Below are positions 18,478 to 28,230 of a stretch of 64,000 nt of DNA, in pieces. The notes under the pieces were generated by a model. It was not told the DNA's origin. It was given only the letters and a program-made list of their open reading frames with translations, and did not search any database. The position numbers and the translations under genes were made by a program. The stretch lies in the IMG/VR virus record IMGVR_UViG_3300031992_000091, positions 1,086 through 65,085 of that record; one strand, given 5' to 3'. Source of the stretch: a virus. Lineage: Duplodnaviria > Caudoviricetes. The first letter of the stretch is position 1. Each line of letters begins with the position of its first letter.

Positions 18478-18555
18478 AGTTATTCTCCTTTACTAAAATA
18501 TAATTTTGCAAACGACAAGAGGCCATGCTTGTCTTGCACAGCCTCCTGCTTTGTT

Positions 18556-18783
18556 TCACATAACTGCTTTAACAGTGATCGAGCCATTATGTTCTGACTC
18601 GATCGTTACAGTGCCGTTCGTAAATGCAAATCCACGAACGAAATTGTCTACGCAGTCGGTTATCCCTTTCTGATAAGCTTTCTTAGTCTTATCATCAAGA
18701 TATAACTTAGCTGCGCCAACAACTTCAACGCACACCCATACGAACGAAACTACCGCTCCGATCTTAATAAATTTTTTATTCAT
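18556..18783 (-). CDS. Small membrane protein (cassette gene)
   Basis: N-terminal hydrophobic helix; promoter P9; AAAGGAG RBS. Confidence 0.65.
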   Translation of the reverse strand: MNKKFIKIGAVVSFVWVCVEVVGAAKLYLDDKTKKAYQKGITDCVDNFVRGFAFTNGTVTIESEHNGSITVKAVM

Positions 18784-18817
18784 AACTACTCCTTTCTTCA
18801 TAAAGCAATTAACAGTT

Positions 18818-18843
18818 CTATAAAGGAAGTTGCTAATTACGCG
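18818..18843 (-). promoter_or_regulatory. Phage promoter motif P9
   Basis: CGCGTAATTAGCAACTTCCTTTATAG, overlapping the polymerase stop. Confidence 0.7.
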
Positions 18844-21800
18844 GAGAAAGGCATCTCCTCATCTGCGTTTTCTGGAATATTCATATACGGAGCAAGTGGA
18901 TCGTCCGAAACAAACATCTCAAAATCGCCATACTGCGAAATTGTTTCTACGGCATTGTCTACCAGAGAAATATAATAGGATTCGTCTATCATCTGAGATG
19001 CGTCTGCTAAATCCTTTACAATCTCTGCCTCAAGCCAGCGATAGCCTTTGGTTCCAGCAGCAGCATAGAACTTTTCATCTTGTTTCCTATACAAAATCCC
19101 GCCACCATATCCGGGTTTGATCGGGCAGAACGATCCAATACGTCCAACAAACTGGTACGAATGGCCTTCCTCGATCTCCGGTTCTAACCTAGCTTTAATT
19201 TCATCATAGGAAATATCAGAGATGAGTCCCTTCTTATACTTTTGAGTGGCTTTCTCAAGTTCTTTCTCAAACCCAGAAACGTCTGGAAGAGCTTCGTTCA
19301 TGTCCAAATATAACTCGCCCTTCTTGACCTCTTTGGTTTCACACATGTCTGAGAACTTGATCGCCTCATGACTGAAGAGTGTTTTGAATACGTATGGAAC
19401 TGCAAACTGCGTTCCAGTAGCATCCCACTTTCCGTCATGTTTGCAAATATAAACAGCATCATTAACCAGGCACATACGATCATAAGTGGCCTCGTGTTCG
19501 AAGTTGTATCCGTAAAGTTTTCCATAGTCCATGACAAAATCGATAATATCCTGAGTGGCGTTCGGGATCTTGATTGAATCAGTCTTAATATGAGCCACTG
19601 TAAATCCTCGTTTCTGTACCTCATGCTTAAGATTGACCATGAACAAAGCTCCGCGTTTAGCCACAATATTGTCCTTATTACGACTATCACGGAAAGCATT
19701 GTCAAAGAGAGCCGCCGTAAGACCGTATACAGAGTTGATAGCAATCTTCAGAGCTTGGGCCAGATCCTTTGCAGCGCCTTCGTCAGTAAGATACTTAGCA
19801 AGTTTACCACCAAGCATGGTTCTGGCTTTATCGAAGTCTTTGTGCTTGATTGCGATACGAGCCTGCAGAATATCATTGAAACGAGCCGTATACTCTGGTC
19901 CGAACAGCTCTTCTGCAACGATGCTGGATGGATGCATCGATGCGATATCAAGTAAGGCGATATTGAAGTACATTCCGGGCTCAGAATATACATAACCGCC
20001 TTCGCCGACTTCTTCGCCTCTGTAGGTTGATTTACCGGCTTCATATTTGTATCCTGGAAATATAGGTCTGCCTTTGCTATCAAAAAGAGTATAGTATGTG
20101 TCTAATACCTGATTAATACCGTACTTCTTAACGTAGTCTTTATCCCAATCAGACGTATCACCCATATCACGATAATTGAACTGTGACTGCGGGTGTTTGT
20201 TACTACCAAATATAATTTTGGTTGTGAGTCCGTTCGTAGTATCATTAGGAATACTCTCAGCAACATCAGCAAGGATTTCTCGCGCTATGAAATCGGCTTG
20301 TCTTGCTTCAAACACCGCTTCTGTGGCTATTACGTCATTGTCGCAATATTCTGCGACCTTGCTCCAGAGTTCTTCCGGAACAGGCTGATCCCAAGGAAGA
20401 CCGAGTTCCTGATGATGTATTCCAAGCTCAATCTCCCATTTCTTCAGAGATTGCTTCTTTGCACAGAAATCATACACGTCGGTAAAACTAAGATTGTATG
20501 CATTACCGAAGAATGCATCCCTCTTTCCAGATATGATTTTCTGCGACAACTCATACAACTGCATGTTGTTATAACCCATCATCCTGGCATAGATAATGTG
20601 GTTGTCATACCGTCTACAGTTGAATCCGACAAGTTTGAACTGAATGAGATTGTTGATCTGCTCGCTTGTTGGATTGATCATTCGTACAACCTTGTTTTCC
20701 TTACCTTGCTTCTTCCAGTTAACAACGAACAGGTTAGGAAAGACTTCACAATCGTAGAACACCAAAATATCATTCTCGCTGTCTACTGCGTCGGCCTCGT
20801 CTTCGGACTTGAATTTCATCTTTGTAACCAGATCCAGGCATTTCTTACTCTGGTTGGAACTTGATGCGGCAAAGGTTATAATAGCCGGTTTCATGTCAGA
20901 AACATCGTAAGTTACACCGCCATTATAGGCATCTTCCAAAATATGATAGATGAAGTCTACACTCGACGCGGTTGACGAATGAATCTCCTTGTTTAGATTC
21001 TTTATGATTAACTTGCGAATACCTTTTTCGCTCTTAATGACTTTCTCATTTACCACTTTATCTCCTTTCTTGAGTGGTAATCCGCTACTTATCGTCGCTA
21101 TCGAAATATCATTGCAAAGAGTAAGAGTCCTGCGCAAAGAGCTCTTACCGGTGAACACTTTTATCTCGATGTCGTCATCATAGACCCTGCTCAACTTTGA
21201 TACATCGCCGTTGTAAATATAATGCAGATGAATTGCTTTTCCACTCTTGCTAAGCTCTGCATAGGTCTTTGGCCACTTGCTTGCTGCAGCATAATTAAGT
21301 TCGTAGCTCTTTTCTCCTGTCTCTGGGTCTTTGATGTCGAAGTCTATGACAATAAGATTTGGTTCTTTGTCCTGGGTCAAAATATAATGGAGCTTGTTAG
21401 TTTCAAGATCCTTCAGAGTAGTAGTAACTTTGCTCCAGGGCTTAATTGGTGTCTCCTCAGCGTTAGCATACTGAGCAGGACAATCAGAATATAAATCATC
21501 GAAGAGGGAGTGCTGCTCCCTGAACTCCAGCCAGTTTTCATCCTCCTTCTGCTCTGGCTCTTTTGGTGTTTCATTTGCTTCTTCGAATTTTTCCACCCGG
21601 AAATTTTTGTAATAGCTTCTTACTCTTGTTCCGTCTTCAAGTTGGAATCTTTCGAGATACTCCTTGAAGTAGTTTTTAAGTTCCTCTTTGAAGACTCTTT
21701 TGGAATATGGATAGGGAACTCTGGCATCATCGCAGTAGGTTTTGTACATTTCGTACGCAACCTTCAAAGAAACCCCATCGTCTTTTTTAAATATAAGGTA

Positions 21801-22892
21801 TGAATCAAGTACAAAGTTATAGAAATCGTTGGTAGCCCCAAGCATTGTGGTTGGAATATAGTCATCATAAAGATCCGGATTCTCAGAGTAAACTTCGAGG
21901 CAGTGTTGGGCAATAGCACCCAACTCGAAATTAATCTGTTTTATGAGTTTTTTGTATTCCCTGCTTGGGACTTTGTTGCCCGTAGGCGATACGTCGATTA
22001 ATCGTCTGAGTAGACCTGACTTGGCATTCGTGATTCTGACCGGCTCATTAGTGCCTATAAATAGGAAGCACTTGAACCGGTTTTCATAAGGAGATTTGAA
22101 CTTCTCATTAACAATCATCTTGTCATGAGAAACAATACTGTTGAGTCTCGTGTTGTCTTCCAGAGTAGACAGCTTACCCTCGTGGTCAATTGCCACAAGA
22201 GGATTTCCTCTGAATTGTTCCAAGGCGAACGACGCATTAGCCTGTCCAAGAGTTTTTGATTCGAACGAGATGCAATAGTCCTCAAATAACGAATCAATAA
22301 TGTTGAGCACGGTGGACTTACCGGTACCAGCCTCACCATACAGAACAATAAACTTTTGGATGGTCTTTGAATCTCCTGCGACGATAGATCCTATTGCCCA
22401 TTCGATCTTGCGTCGTTCATCCTCAGAATATAACACCGACATCAGCTTGTCGTATGCTTCGATACTTCCTTTTTCAAGCGGGTAGCTAAGCCGCTTTGAT
22501 GCATAATCCTCCTTCTTAGATTCAACGTTGGAAAATATAAGTTTCTCGTCCAGAGTATGGTACGAGTCTCTGAGTTGCTTCTGGCAATATTTATGCCATG
22601 TATCGATCATACCGGTCTGAGCATCCCACATATGCAGGACTTTAAGGTCATAATCTGCAAACTCGTTTTTCTTCTTTTCCAAATATAAGTCAAGCTCATG
22701 GTCAATAGCCTGAAGAACGTCTCCTTCATCGGTTGACCACAAGCCCCTATCTTCCATCCAGACGGCATAAAAATCACCGCCTCGGATCATCAAGTCTGAA
22801 CTCTTTTTTCTCGTCGGTATGATAAACCTAGGATAGATTTCTATAACGCCCTTCTTCTTTCCGGGCCGTGTCGAAATCATGAAAAAGTCCAT
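18837..22892 (-). CDS. SF3 helicase - AEP primase - 3'-5' exonuclease/family B DNA polymerase fusion (1351 aa)
   Basis: GEAGTGKST and VAIDHE (SF3); VIDFD...SKSGKAIHLHY (AEP); FYDCEVF, GFNCRRYD, YCDND (exo I-III); LDIASMHPS, KIAINSVYG, IKTDS (PolB A/B/C). Confidence 0.9.
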   Translation of the reverse strand: MDFFMISTRPGKKKGVIEIYPRFIIPTRKKSSDLMIRGGDFYAVWMEDRGLWSTDEGDVLQAIDHELDLYLEKKKNEFADYDLKVLHMWDAQTGMIDTWHKYCQKQLRDSYHTLDEKLIFSNVESKKEDYASKRLSYPLEKGSIEAYDKLMSVLYSEDERRKIEWAIGSIVAGDSKTIQKFIVLYGEAGTGKSTVLNIIDSLFEDYCISFESKTLGQANASFALEQFRGNPLVAIDHEGKLSTLEDNTRLNSIVSHDKMIVNEKFKSPYENRFKCFLFIGTNEPVRITNAKSGLLRRLIDVSPTGNKVPSREYKKLIKQINFELGAIAQHCLEVYSENPDLYDDYIPTTMLGATNDFYNFVLDSYLIFKKDDGVSLKVAYEMYKTYCDDARVPYPYSKRVFKEELKNYFKEYLERFQLEDGTRVRSYYKNFRVEKFEEANETPKEPEQKEDENWLEFREQHSLFDDLYSDCPAQYANAEETPIKPWSKVTTTLKDLETNKLHYILTQDKEPNLIVIDFDIKDPETGEKSYELNYAAASKWPKTYAELSKSGKAIHLHYIYNGDVSKLSRVYDDDIEIKVFTGKSSLRRTLTLCNDISIATISSGLPLKKGDKVVNEKVIKSEKGIRKLIIKNLNKEIHSSTASSVDFIYHILEDAYNGGVTYDVSDMKPAIITFAASSSNQSKKCLDLVTKMKFKSEDEADAVDSENDILVFYDCEVFPNLFVVNWKKQGKENKVVRMINPTSEQINNLIQFKLVGFNCRRYDNHIIYARMMGYNNMQLYELSQKIISGKRDAFFGNAYNLSFTDVYDFCAKKQSLKKWEIELGIHHQELGLPWDQPVPEELWSKVAEYCDNDVIATEAVFEARQADFIAREILADVAESIPNDTTNGLTTKIIFGSNKHPQSQFNYRDMGDTSDWDKDYVKKYGINQVLDTYYTLFDSKGRPIFPGYKYEAGKSTYRGEEVGEGGYVYSEPGMYFNIALLDIASMHPSSIVAEELFGPEYTARFNDILQARIAIKHKDFDKARTMLGGKLAKYLTDEGAAKDLAQALKIAINSVYGLTAALFDNAFRDSRNKDNIVAKRGALFMVNLKHEVQKRGFTVAHIKTDSIKIPNATQDIIDFVMDYGKLYGYNFEHEATYDRMCLVNDAVYICKHDGKWDATGTQFAVPYVFKTLFSHEAIKFSDMCETKEVKKGELYLDMNEALPDVSGFEKELEKATQKYKKGLISDISYDEIKARLEPEIEEGHSYQFVGRIGSFCPIKPGYGGGILYRKQDEKFYAAAGTKGYRWLEAEIVKDLADASQMIDESYYISLVDNAVETISQYGDFEMFVSDDPLAPYMNIPENADEEMPFSA

Positions 22893-22894
22893 TT

Positions 22895-24033
22895 TTACTC
22901 CAGTTCATTTAGGTATTGCTGCATCTGATACCAGATTTCTTCCTCAAGCATGTTTTTAGTTGGATCGTGCGTAACAAACAGTCCACCAGTACCATCTGGC
23001 TCATACTCTCTGTAGTTGAGTCGATCTATGATCTCTATAATATCAGCGTAATGCTCGTCAAACTTCGAATTGGTCATAGGTTTTAAACCTAGATTATCGA
23101 ACATGACCCAAAACCACTTACTCTGACGATCGCCTTTGTCGGGATCATACATAATATGGTCTTCCATCCTGACCGCTAAGGCGACCATCATTTCAAACAC
23201 ACTGCAAGGTCTGTTGTCAAGCAGGTCCTGAATTGTGTATGAGTCTACACCTTGCTCACGTCCGTATCTGTATCTCAGTTCAATACCGTCTTCAGATCGA
23301 TTACCGTCCTTTGGTATAACAAATATAAAGTCTTGTTCATGCAGAAGAGTCAAGGTCTTTTTATAGACCTTAACCTTTCCGCCATGATCAATCAGTTTGC
23401 ATAACCACTTGAAGTAATCTTTCGAAATATCATTCATTAGTCCTCCACTGTGAAGTGCGGACGTGTCTCGTCAAATGATTCGAAAGTCTGAACGTCTTTG
23501 TAGATAGCATAATCAGTGCATCGTTCGTCGTTTCGAATGAATAGTTCATCAGATCCTTCGTCAAATAACTTTTCAAACCCCTCTCCGAGTAGCTCGTCCG
23601 CATTCTCTATAACGTCATCACGATCATCCGCAAGGACACCGTCAGCGAACAATGTGAGTTCAATAGCACTATAATCTTCGAACTCACTAAACTGATCTGG
23701 CAGAATCTTATACGGCCTGTCGTGTTCAACAACATCGTCTCCACCATAGATGGCAGTCACGGTAGCGTACTCGTTAAGAAGGTCTTTTACGTGTTCCCTC
23801 TTCTCAGGATCTTCTACAGACTTCAGAATTTCATCGTTAGTCCGTCTGATCAATTTCTCGCGATCGTCTTCAACCACCTCTGGCTCATCATTCGTCTCAT
23901 CAGGCTCAGAAGCTGCTTCAGCCTCTTCCTTTTTCTCTGAAATATCATAATTCTTTTTAACATAAGTGATCCCCGCAACAGCACCAAAAACTGCTCCTGC
24001 AACAAATGTCACCAAATATAACGCTTTTTTCAT
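22895..24033 (-). CDS. Two hypothetical genes (22895-23437; 23437-24033, N-terminal TM helix and acidic body)
   Basis: ORF track; abutting and co-oriented. Confidence 0.65.
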
Positions 24034-24087
24034 AATAATTCTCCTTAACTGAATAGCCATGGATAATCAAACAGATCAGCCATCCAA

Positions 24088-25008
24088 TTACCGCTTCCCG
24101 GACGATTTAAGCCTCCGCCTTTTGAGCCTCTCCTCATAGATGTTACCATCAACATTGAAATCGATAGCGTAACCTACAGAATATCCTTTTCTAGGATCGT
24201 TTTCGTTAGGCACATGAACTCTCTTCACTCGGAATTCGACCTTGTTATCACCGAAAGGATTGTACTTATCATAGATCCAGCCATAGACCATACCAGCTTC
24301 TGTATGCTCAAAGCCGAGCATGTCATACACTTCATTCAGAGTGATCTCGCCCTTGGTCTTGAGAATATCATTCGCAAGATTCTGCTGGCATTCAAGTGTG
24401 AATCGAACCATATCAGGAGATCGATCCCACTTATCATTACCTTTGACCAGATACTTGACGAAGTCACTGCGTTCAATATCGTCCACAATATCGTCTGCGA
24501 GAACGGTTTCAAATGTCTCGTTTCCGTCCGCATCGACTGTGGATTCACTGATCTCGCCAGACTTTGTTCCGAAATATAACTTTTCTTCAGCTTCTGTACC
24601 GATGTCATCTGCAACACGACCACGATAGTCCCTGAGAGTCTTTCTCAGACCGGCTGCCGTTGCTGCAAGACCTGCGTTACGGATCTTCATCTCATGGTGC
24701 GCAGAGAAGAATGATACCATGGATAATGCAAACAGACTCGCGGGTCCTGCGAGAAGTCTTGCTCCTGCGACTCCAGTTTTTCCGTATGCAAACAGAATCT
24801 CACGACCTTTCTTAGGATCGTCATCCGGCAGAGATCTTGCTTTCTCGATGCGTACCTTATGATCATCAATAACCTTGTCCAGGCCTTTTCTGGTCTGGAT
24901 GCAAGCTGTAATGATGGCTGCGGCGCTAAATATAACACCCGCAGTCATGCAGATCTCAGGTTTCTTGTGTTTCATAACCTTTTTCAGAGATTTTCCGAGT
25001 TTACTCAT
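24088..25008 (-). CDS. DUF6353-like phage protein
   Basis: N-terminal PE(I)...G....A...AC hydrophobic segment; C-terminal GEITLNEVYDMLG...G...GW. Confidence 0.55.
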   Translation of the reverse strand: MSKLGKSLKKVMKHKKPEICMTAGVIFSAAAIITACIQTRKGLDKVIDDHKVRIEKARSLPDDDPKKGREILFAYGKTGVAGARLLAGPASLFALSMVSFFSAHHEMKIRNAGLAATAAGLRKTLRDYRGRVADDIGTEAEEKLYFGTKSGEISESTVDADGNETFETVLADDIVDDIERSDFVKYLVKGNDKWDRSPDMVRFTLECQQNLANDILKTKGEITLNEVYDMLGFEHTEAGMVYGWIYDKYNPFGDNKVEFRVKRVHVPNENDPRKGYSVGYAIDFNVDGNIYEERLKRRRLKSSGKR

Positions 25009-25019
25009 GTGTACTCCTT

Positions 25020-25628
25020 TCAATCGAGTGCTTCTGCTCTAGGCAGTTTGATCAAATATCCGTCTCTGTCACGAACCACTGAGGCGCTTCTCAGATCGGT
25101 CCAGCCATAACGGTTGTCTGTTGTCTTCCCGGTGATGCCAACCAGATCATAGAAATCAGCGACACTGACCATCTTGTAATCTTGCAGAAGTTCATCCATT
25201 CTTGCAAGAACTTCATCTGCTTCTTCTCGGCTATCGAGTATTACATCGTCATAGTCGTACGATCTCTGTCGTCTGTCAGACTCTCTTGAGCCTACACCAG
25301 GTCGATCATAATAACTCCTGTAAGATACGCGCTCTGCGTTACCTCTGGGTCGGCGTCCACCGTTTTTACCCCAGAGGAACATGTCCAGAGCGTTCGTTAC
25401 CATATCAGAGAATGTCTTCTTTACTGCAGGAACAAGAACGTCGTTCCAAATATAATTTTTAACGGTGCCAGCATCCTCCTGGATGAAGGCGTCCATGAAT
25501 TTTCTAAAACCAGATTTCTTCTTGGACTTTACTGAGCCTTTAGTAATCCGCTCGACCTTCTTTCCAGAAGATTTCTTTTCCTCTGTATCTTTTTTGGCGC
25601 TGTCAGATTTATTTCTGTAATCTTCCAA
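25020..25628 (-). CDS. Hypothetical protein with a C-terminal VSVADFYDLVG...GW domain
   Basis: C-terminal motif shared with neighbouring paralogs. Confidence 0.6.
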   Translation of the reverse strand: MEDYRNKSDSAKKDTEEKKSSGKKVERITKGSVKSKKKSGFRKFMDAFIQEDAGTVKNYIWNDVLVPAVKKTFSDMVTNALDMFLWGKNGGRRPRGNAERVSYRSYYDRPGVGSRESDRRQRSYDYDDVILDSREEADEVLARMDELLQDYKMVSVADFYDLVGITGKTTDNRYGWTDLRSASVVRDRDGYLIKLPRAEALD

Positions 25629-25645
25629 AAATATCAGTCTCCTCT

Positions 25646-26317
25646 CTACTCAAGCCACTCGGCCAAGAAAGTATAGTGAGCGACTGTCTTAAAGATCGTG
25701 CGTCTTACCTTGCTGATGAGGTTATCGCACATCTTGTCAGCAAGTCGTTCAATAGTTTTTCCGAACGAAAGTTCTTTTGTGATCTTCTTCGCCTTTTTGT
25801 CGATAAATTCTTTTACGTCAGCTTCCTTCATAGTTTCATCAACCTTGTCCTTAATGGTCTTTGAAACCTCTTTTACGAAATCATCCTCCTCGGATTTTTT
25901 CAGTTTGCGATATGCCACTACTCCTACCAGAACGATACCGCCAAATATAACAAGTTTCTTAAGTCCTTTACGCATACTAACCTCCTTGGAAATATGTCTT
26001 ATCCGTGCTTATGCCAAAAAACAAAAGGAGTGGTTGTACGTTTTGCACAGCCACTCCAGTTGTTAACCACCCTTATTCAGTTGTCTTGCGAGTTACTTAT
26101 CCTTAACGATCGTAACTCCTTCACCGCGATCTACTTCGGCGTACTTCTTTTTCTTGAAGAGCTTTCTTCCGAGCCCGATCAGTCCTCCCACGATAAATCC
26201 TCCTGCTACGAGGATCAATCCGACGGGAGTTCCATCTGTCTCGTCAGTGTCTTCGGTTGTGACAGTGTCATACGCTGTTGTGACCACTTCAGTTGTTGTT
26301 TCGTTGTTCTCGGGCAT
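25646..26317 (-). CDS. Two small membrane proteins (25646-25975; 26093-26317)
   Basis: Single hydrophobic helices; AGGAG RBSs; terminator between them. Confidence 0.65.
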
Positions 26318-26353
26318 AATAATCTCCTTTCTGAGAACTGAATGTTGATGCGT

Positions 26354-26379
26354 CTATAATATCCGTTGTTAATTGTGCG
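26354..26379 (-). promoter_or_regulatory. Phage promoter motif P10
   Basis: CGCACAATTAACAACGGATATTATAG. Confidence 0.75.
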
Positions 26380-26381
26380 GA

Positions 26382-27161
26382 TTAATGCCGATCTTGATAG
26401 TTATAGGTCGGGCATACATAGAAATCCAGGACTCTGCAAGGATATCCTGCATATGGACCGGATTCTACCAGGATGACATCATCGCCTGGATCAATTTTTC
26501 CGTCTTCAACTCTCCAGCACAGACAATCACCAGGCTGTGTGGTTGGAAGTTTCAATTCGCTCCAATAATCATTCAGAGAAATATACATCTCGTCCAGCAT
26601 TCTGTAGTTGAGCGTTTGAATAGCTTTGTCTACAAATGCCGGATCGGACCAGAAATATCGCTTAGACAGTTCATCATAGAACAAAGCATTTCCTCGTCCG
26701 GTAGAGATAATATCTTCTCCATGCATTGGTGGTTTTCTGTTAACTTCGTTACGAGCCATCTGGGTTCTGATCTCGCCCTCCTTCTTTTCTCCGAGAACCT
26801 CTCTGGCAGCTGATTCATACTGTTGCAATCGGGTTTCATATAGCGAGCAGGCGGTTGTTGCCGCCACTGCCCTCCTTATAGAAATCCTCTGCCCTCCGAT
26901 AATCAGAAAGCAGGCGATAAGAAATATAATGATAGAAGGCAGATAGCATTTCCATGTGGTCTGCACTGTCTCTACCACTGTCAGCTCATCTTTCTTTTCC
27001 TCCTCCTTTTTCTTCTCGATGAGTCTGACTGCCTCCGGTGTTTTCTGCACTGCTCGTATGCCAGCAACAAGAGCCAATCCGATTCCAACACCAGCAGCAA
27101 TCTGCGGTGCTTTTTTAATAAGTCCGGCCCTTGCCAATTTCAACAACGGCTTGATCTTCAT
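26382..27161 (-). CDS. DUF6353-like phage protein (paralog of 24088-25008)
   Basis: APQIAAGVGIGLALVAG N-terminus; YISLNDYWSEL C-terminal motif. Confidence 0.55.
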   Translation of the reverse strand: MKIKPLLKLARAGLIKKAPQIAAGVGIGLALVAGIRAVQKTPEAVRLIEKKKEEEKKDELTVVETVQTTWKCYLPSIIIFLIACFLIIGGQRISIRRAVAATTACSLYETRLQQYESAAREVLGEKKEGEIRTQMARNEVNRKPPMHGEDIISTGRGNALFYDELSKRYFWSDPAFVDKAIQTLNYRMLDEMYISLNDYWSELKLPTTQPGDCLCWRVEDGKIDPGDDVILVESGPYAGYPCRVLDFYVCPTYNYQDRH

Positions 27162-27432
27162 TTCTTTCCTCCACCAAAGTCGCCGCACGCTGTATTAACT
27201 GCGAATGCGACAACGGCCACTCTTACTGCGATATGGAATGCTGCATATGATGCATCACACAGTTTCTTTCTGACCTTAGTAAGCTTCTTCATAAATATCA
27301 GCCCTCCTTCTTGGTGACATTAACCTTATCGCTGATCCCAAGTTTGAATCCAGCAACAAGACCGACAAGAAATGATGCAAATCCGAAGATAAGTCCGATT
27401 ACTCCGCACACGAATCCGATAGTAGTTTTCAT
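27158..27432 (-). CDS. Two 44-aa hydrophobic peptides (27158-27292; 27298-27432)
   Basis: Hand-translated: MKKLTKVRKKLCDASYAAFHIAVRVAVVAFAVNTACGDFGGGKK and MKTTIGFVCGVIGLIFGFASFLVGLVAGFKLGISDKVNVTKKEG; AGGAG RBSs. Confidence 0.55.
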
Positions 27433-27472
27433 AGTTACTCCTTTCTGAAAAATATAAGTGAATGCAAAAAAA

Positions 27473-27547
27473 GAAAGACCTAGTAGGATTCGAACCTACT
27501 TTCTCTACCATTGCTGGTAGCGTCCACCCCTTGGACCGAAGTCTTTC
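27473..27547 (-). ncRNA. tRNA-like RNA (75 nt) lacking an anticodon loop
   Basis: Acceptor-like GAAAGAC/GTCTTTC; D-arm GTCC-AAGGGGT-GGAC; CTACCA-GCAA-TGGTAG; T-arm GTAGG-TTCGAAT-CCTAC. Starts at promoter P11 and ends at a T7 tract. Confidence 0.7.
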
Positions 27548-27572
27548 CATAATAGTCGTTGTAAATTTTGCG
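27547..27572 (-). promoter_or_regulatory. Phage promoter motif P11
   Basis: CGCAAAATTTACAACGACTATTATGG. Confidence 0.8.
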
Positions 27573-27575
27573 CAG

Positions 27576-28226
27576 TTACGGTTTGTCGGTTAACAACTCC
27601 AATTCACAGCAAAGAGCACCGGCTTTTGTTACCTCAGGAAATTGTGACCAAAAGCTATTTAATGTCATTTTTGCATTTACGTTCCTTGGTATTGCCAACA
27701 AATTGGATCTATCGTAATTGTTAACATCGCCATCAAGATGGATTATTATATGACCCTTTGGCTTGCTTCCGTAATTAATATCTTTGAGTCGTTTCCATCC
27801 GGTTTCGGTTTTTACATACGGCTCACCATGAGACTTTTTTACAATAGATCCTGTCGGGTGATATCTTTTGGTGTTTTCTCGAAATATCTCTCTTTTTCTT
27901 TCTTTAGTAACAGTCAGCCCCATTCTCGTGCACATGACTCTTAAACCTTGAATGGATCGATCTTCGTTAAATATCCTGTTGAACTCTTTTTGGCATTTGA
28001 TCCGCCCGAGTTTGGGATAATTATTACGAAGCCATTCTAGCTGTTCTTCTGTGTAATGGTAATTTAATCCAAGTTCCCTATTACAGTGGCATTTGAACGT
28101 GTTATAGCAAATAGATGTGCCGTGTATTTCGTTATAAGCTTTGCACATCTTGCTCCAGTTTTTAAACGATCGCCAGTTATCGATAATCCATTTGTTATCA
28201 TACGTGATAGGTATTCCGGCGCCCAT
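27576..28226 (-). CDS. HNH endonuclease (homing-endonuclease-like)
   Basis: HIIIHLDGDVNNYDRSNL HNH_3-type motif. Confidence 0.7.
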   Translation of the reverse strand: MGAGIPITYDNKWIIDNWRSFKNWSKMCKAYNEIHGTSICYNTFKCHCNRELGLNYHYTEEQLEWLRNNYPKLGRIKCQKEFNRIFNEDRSIQGLRVMCTRMGLTVTKERKREIFRENTKRYHPTGSIVKKSHGEPYVKTETGWKRLKDINYGSKPKGHIIIHLDGDVNNYDRSNLLAIPRNVNAKMTLNSFWSQFPEVTKAGALCCELELLTDKP

Positions 28227-28230
28227 ATTA

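Noticed and set aside
27473-27547. Calling this a functional tRNA
   Set aside because: It has no 7-nt anticodon loop with U33, has extra bases before the acceptor 3' strand, and has no CCA. Kept as a tRNA-like ncRNA.
27326-27550. 74-aa ORF MERLRSKGW...
   Set aside because: It starts inside the promoter motif, has no RBS, and crosses the tRNA-like RNA and its terminator.
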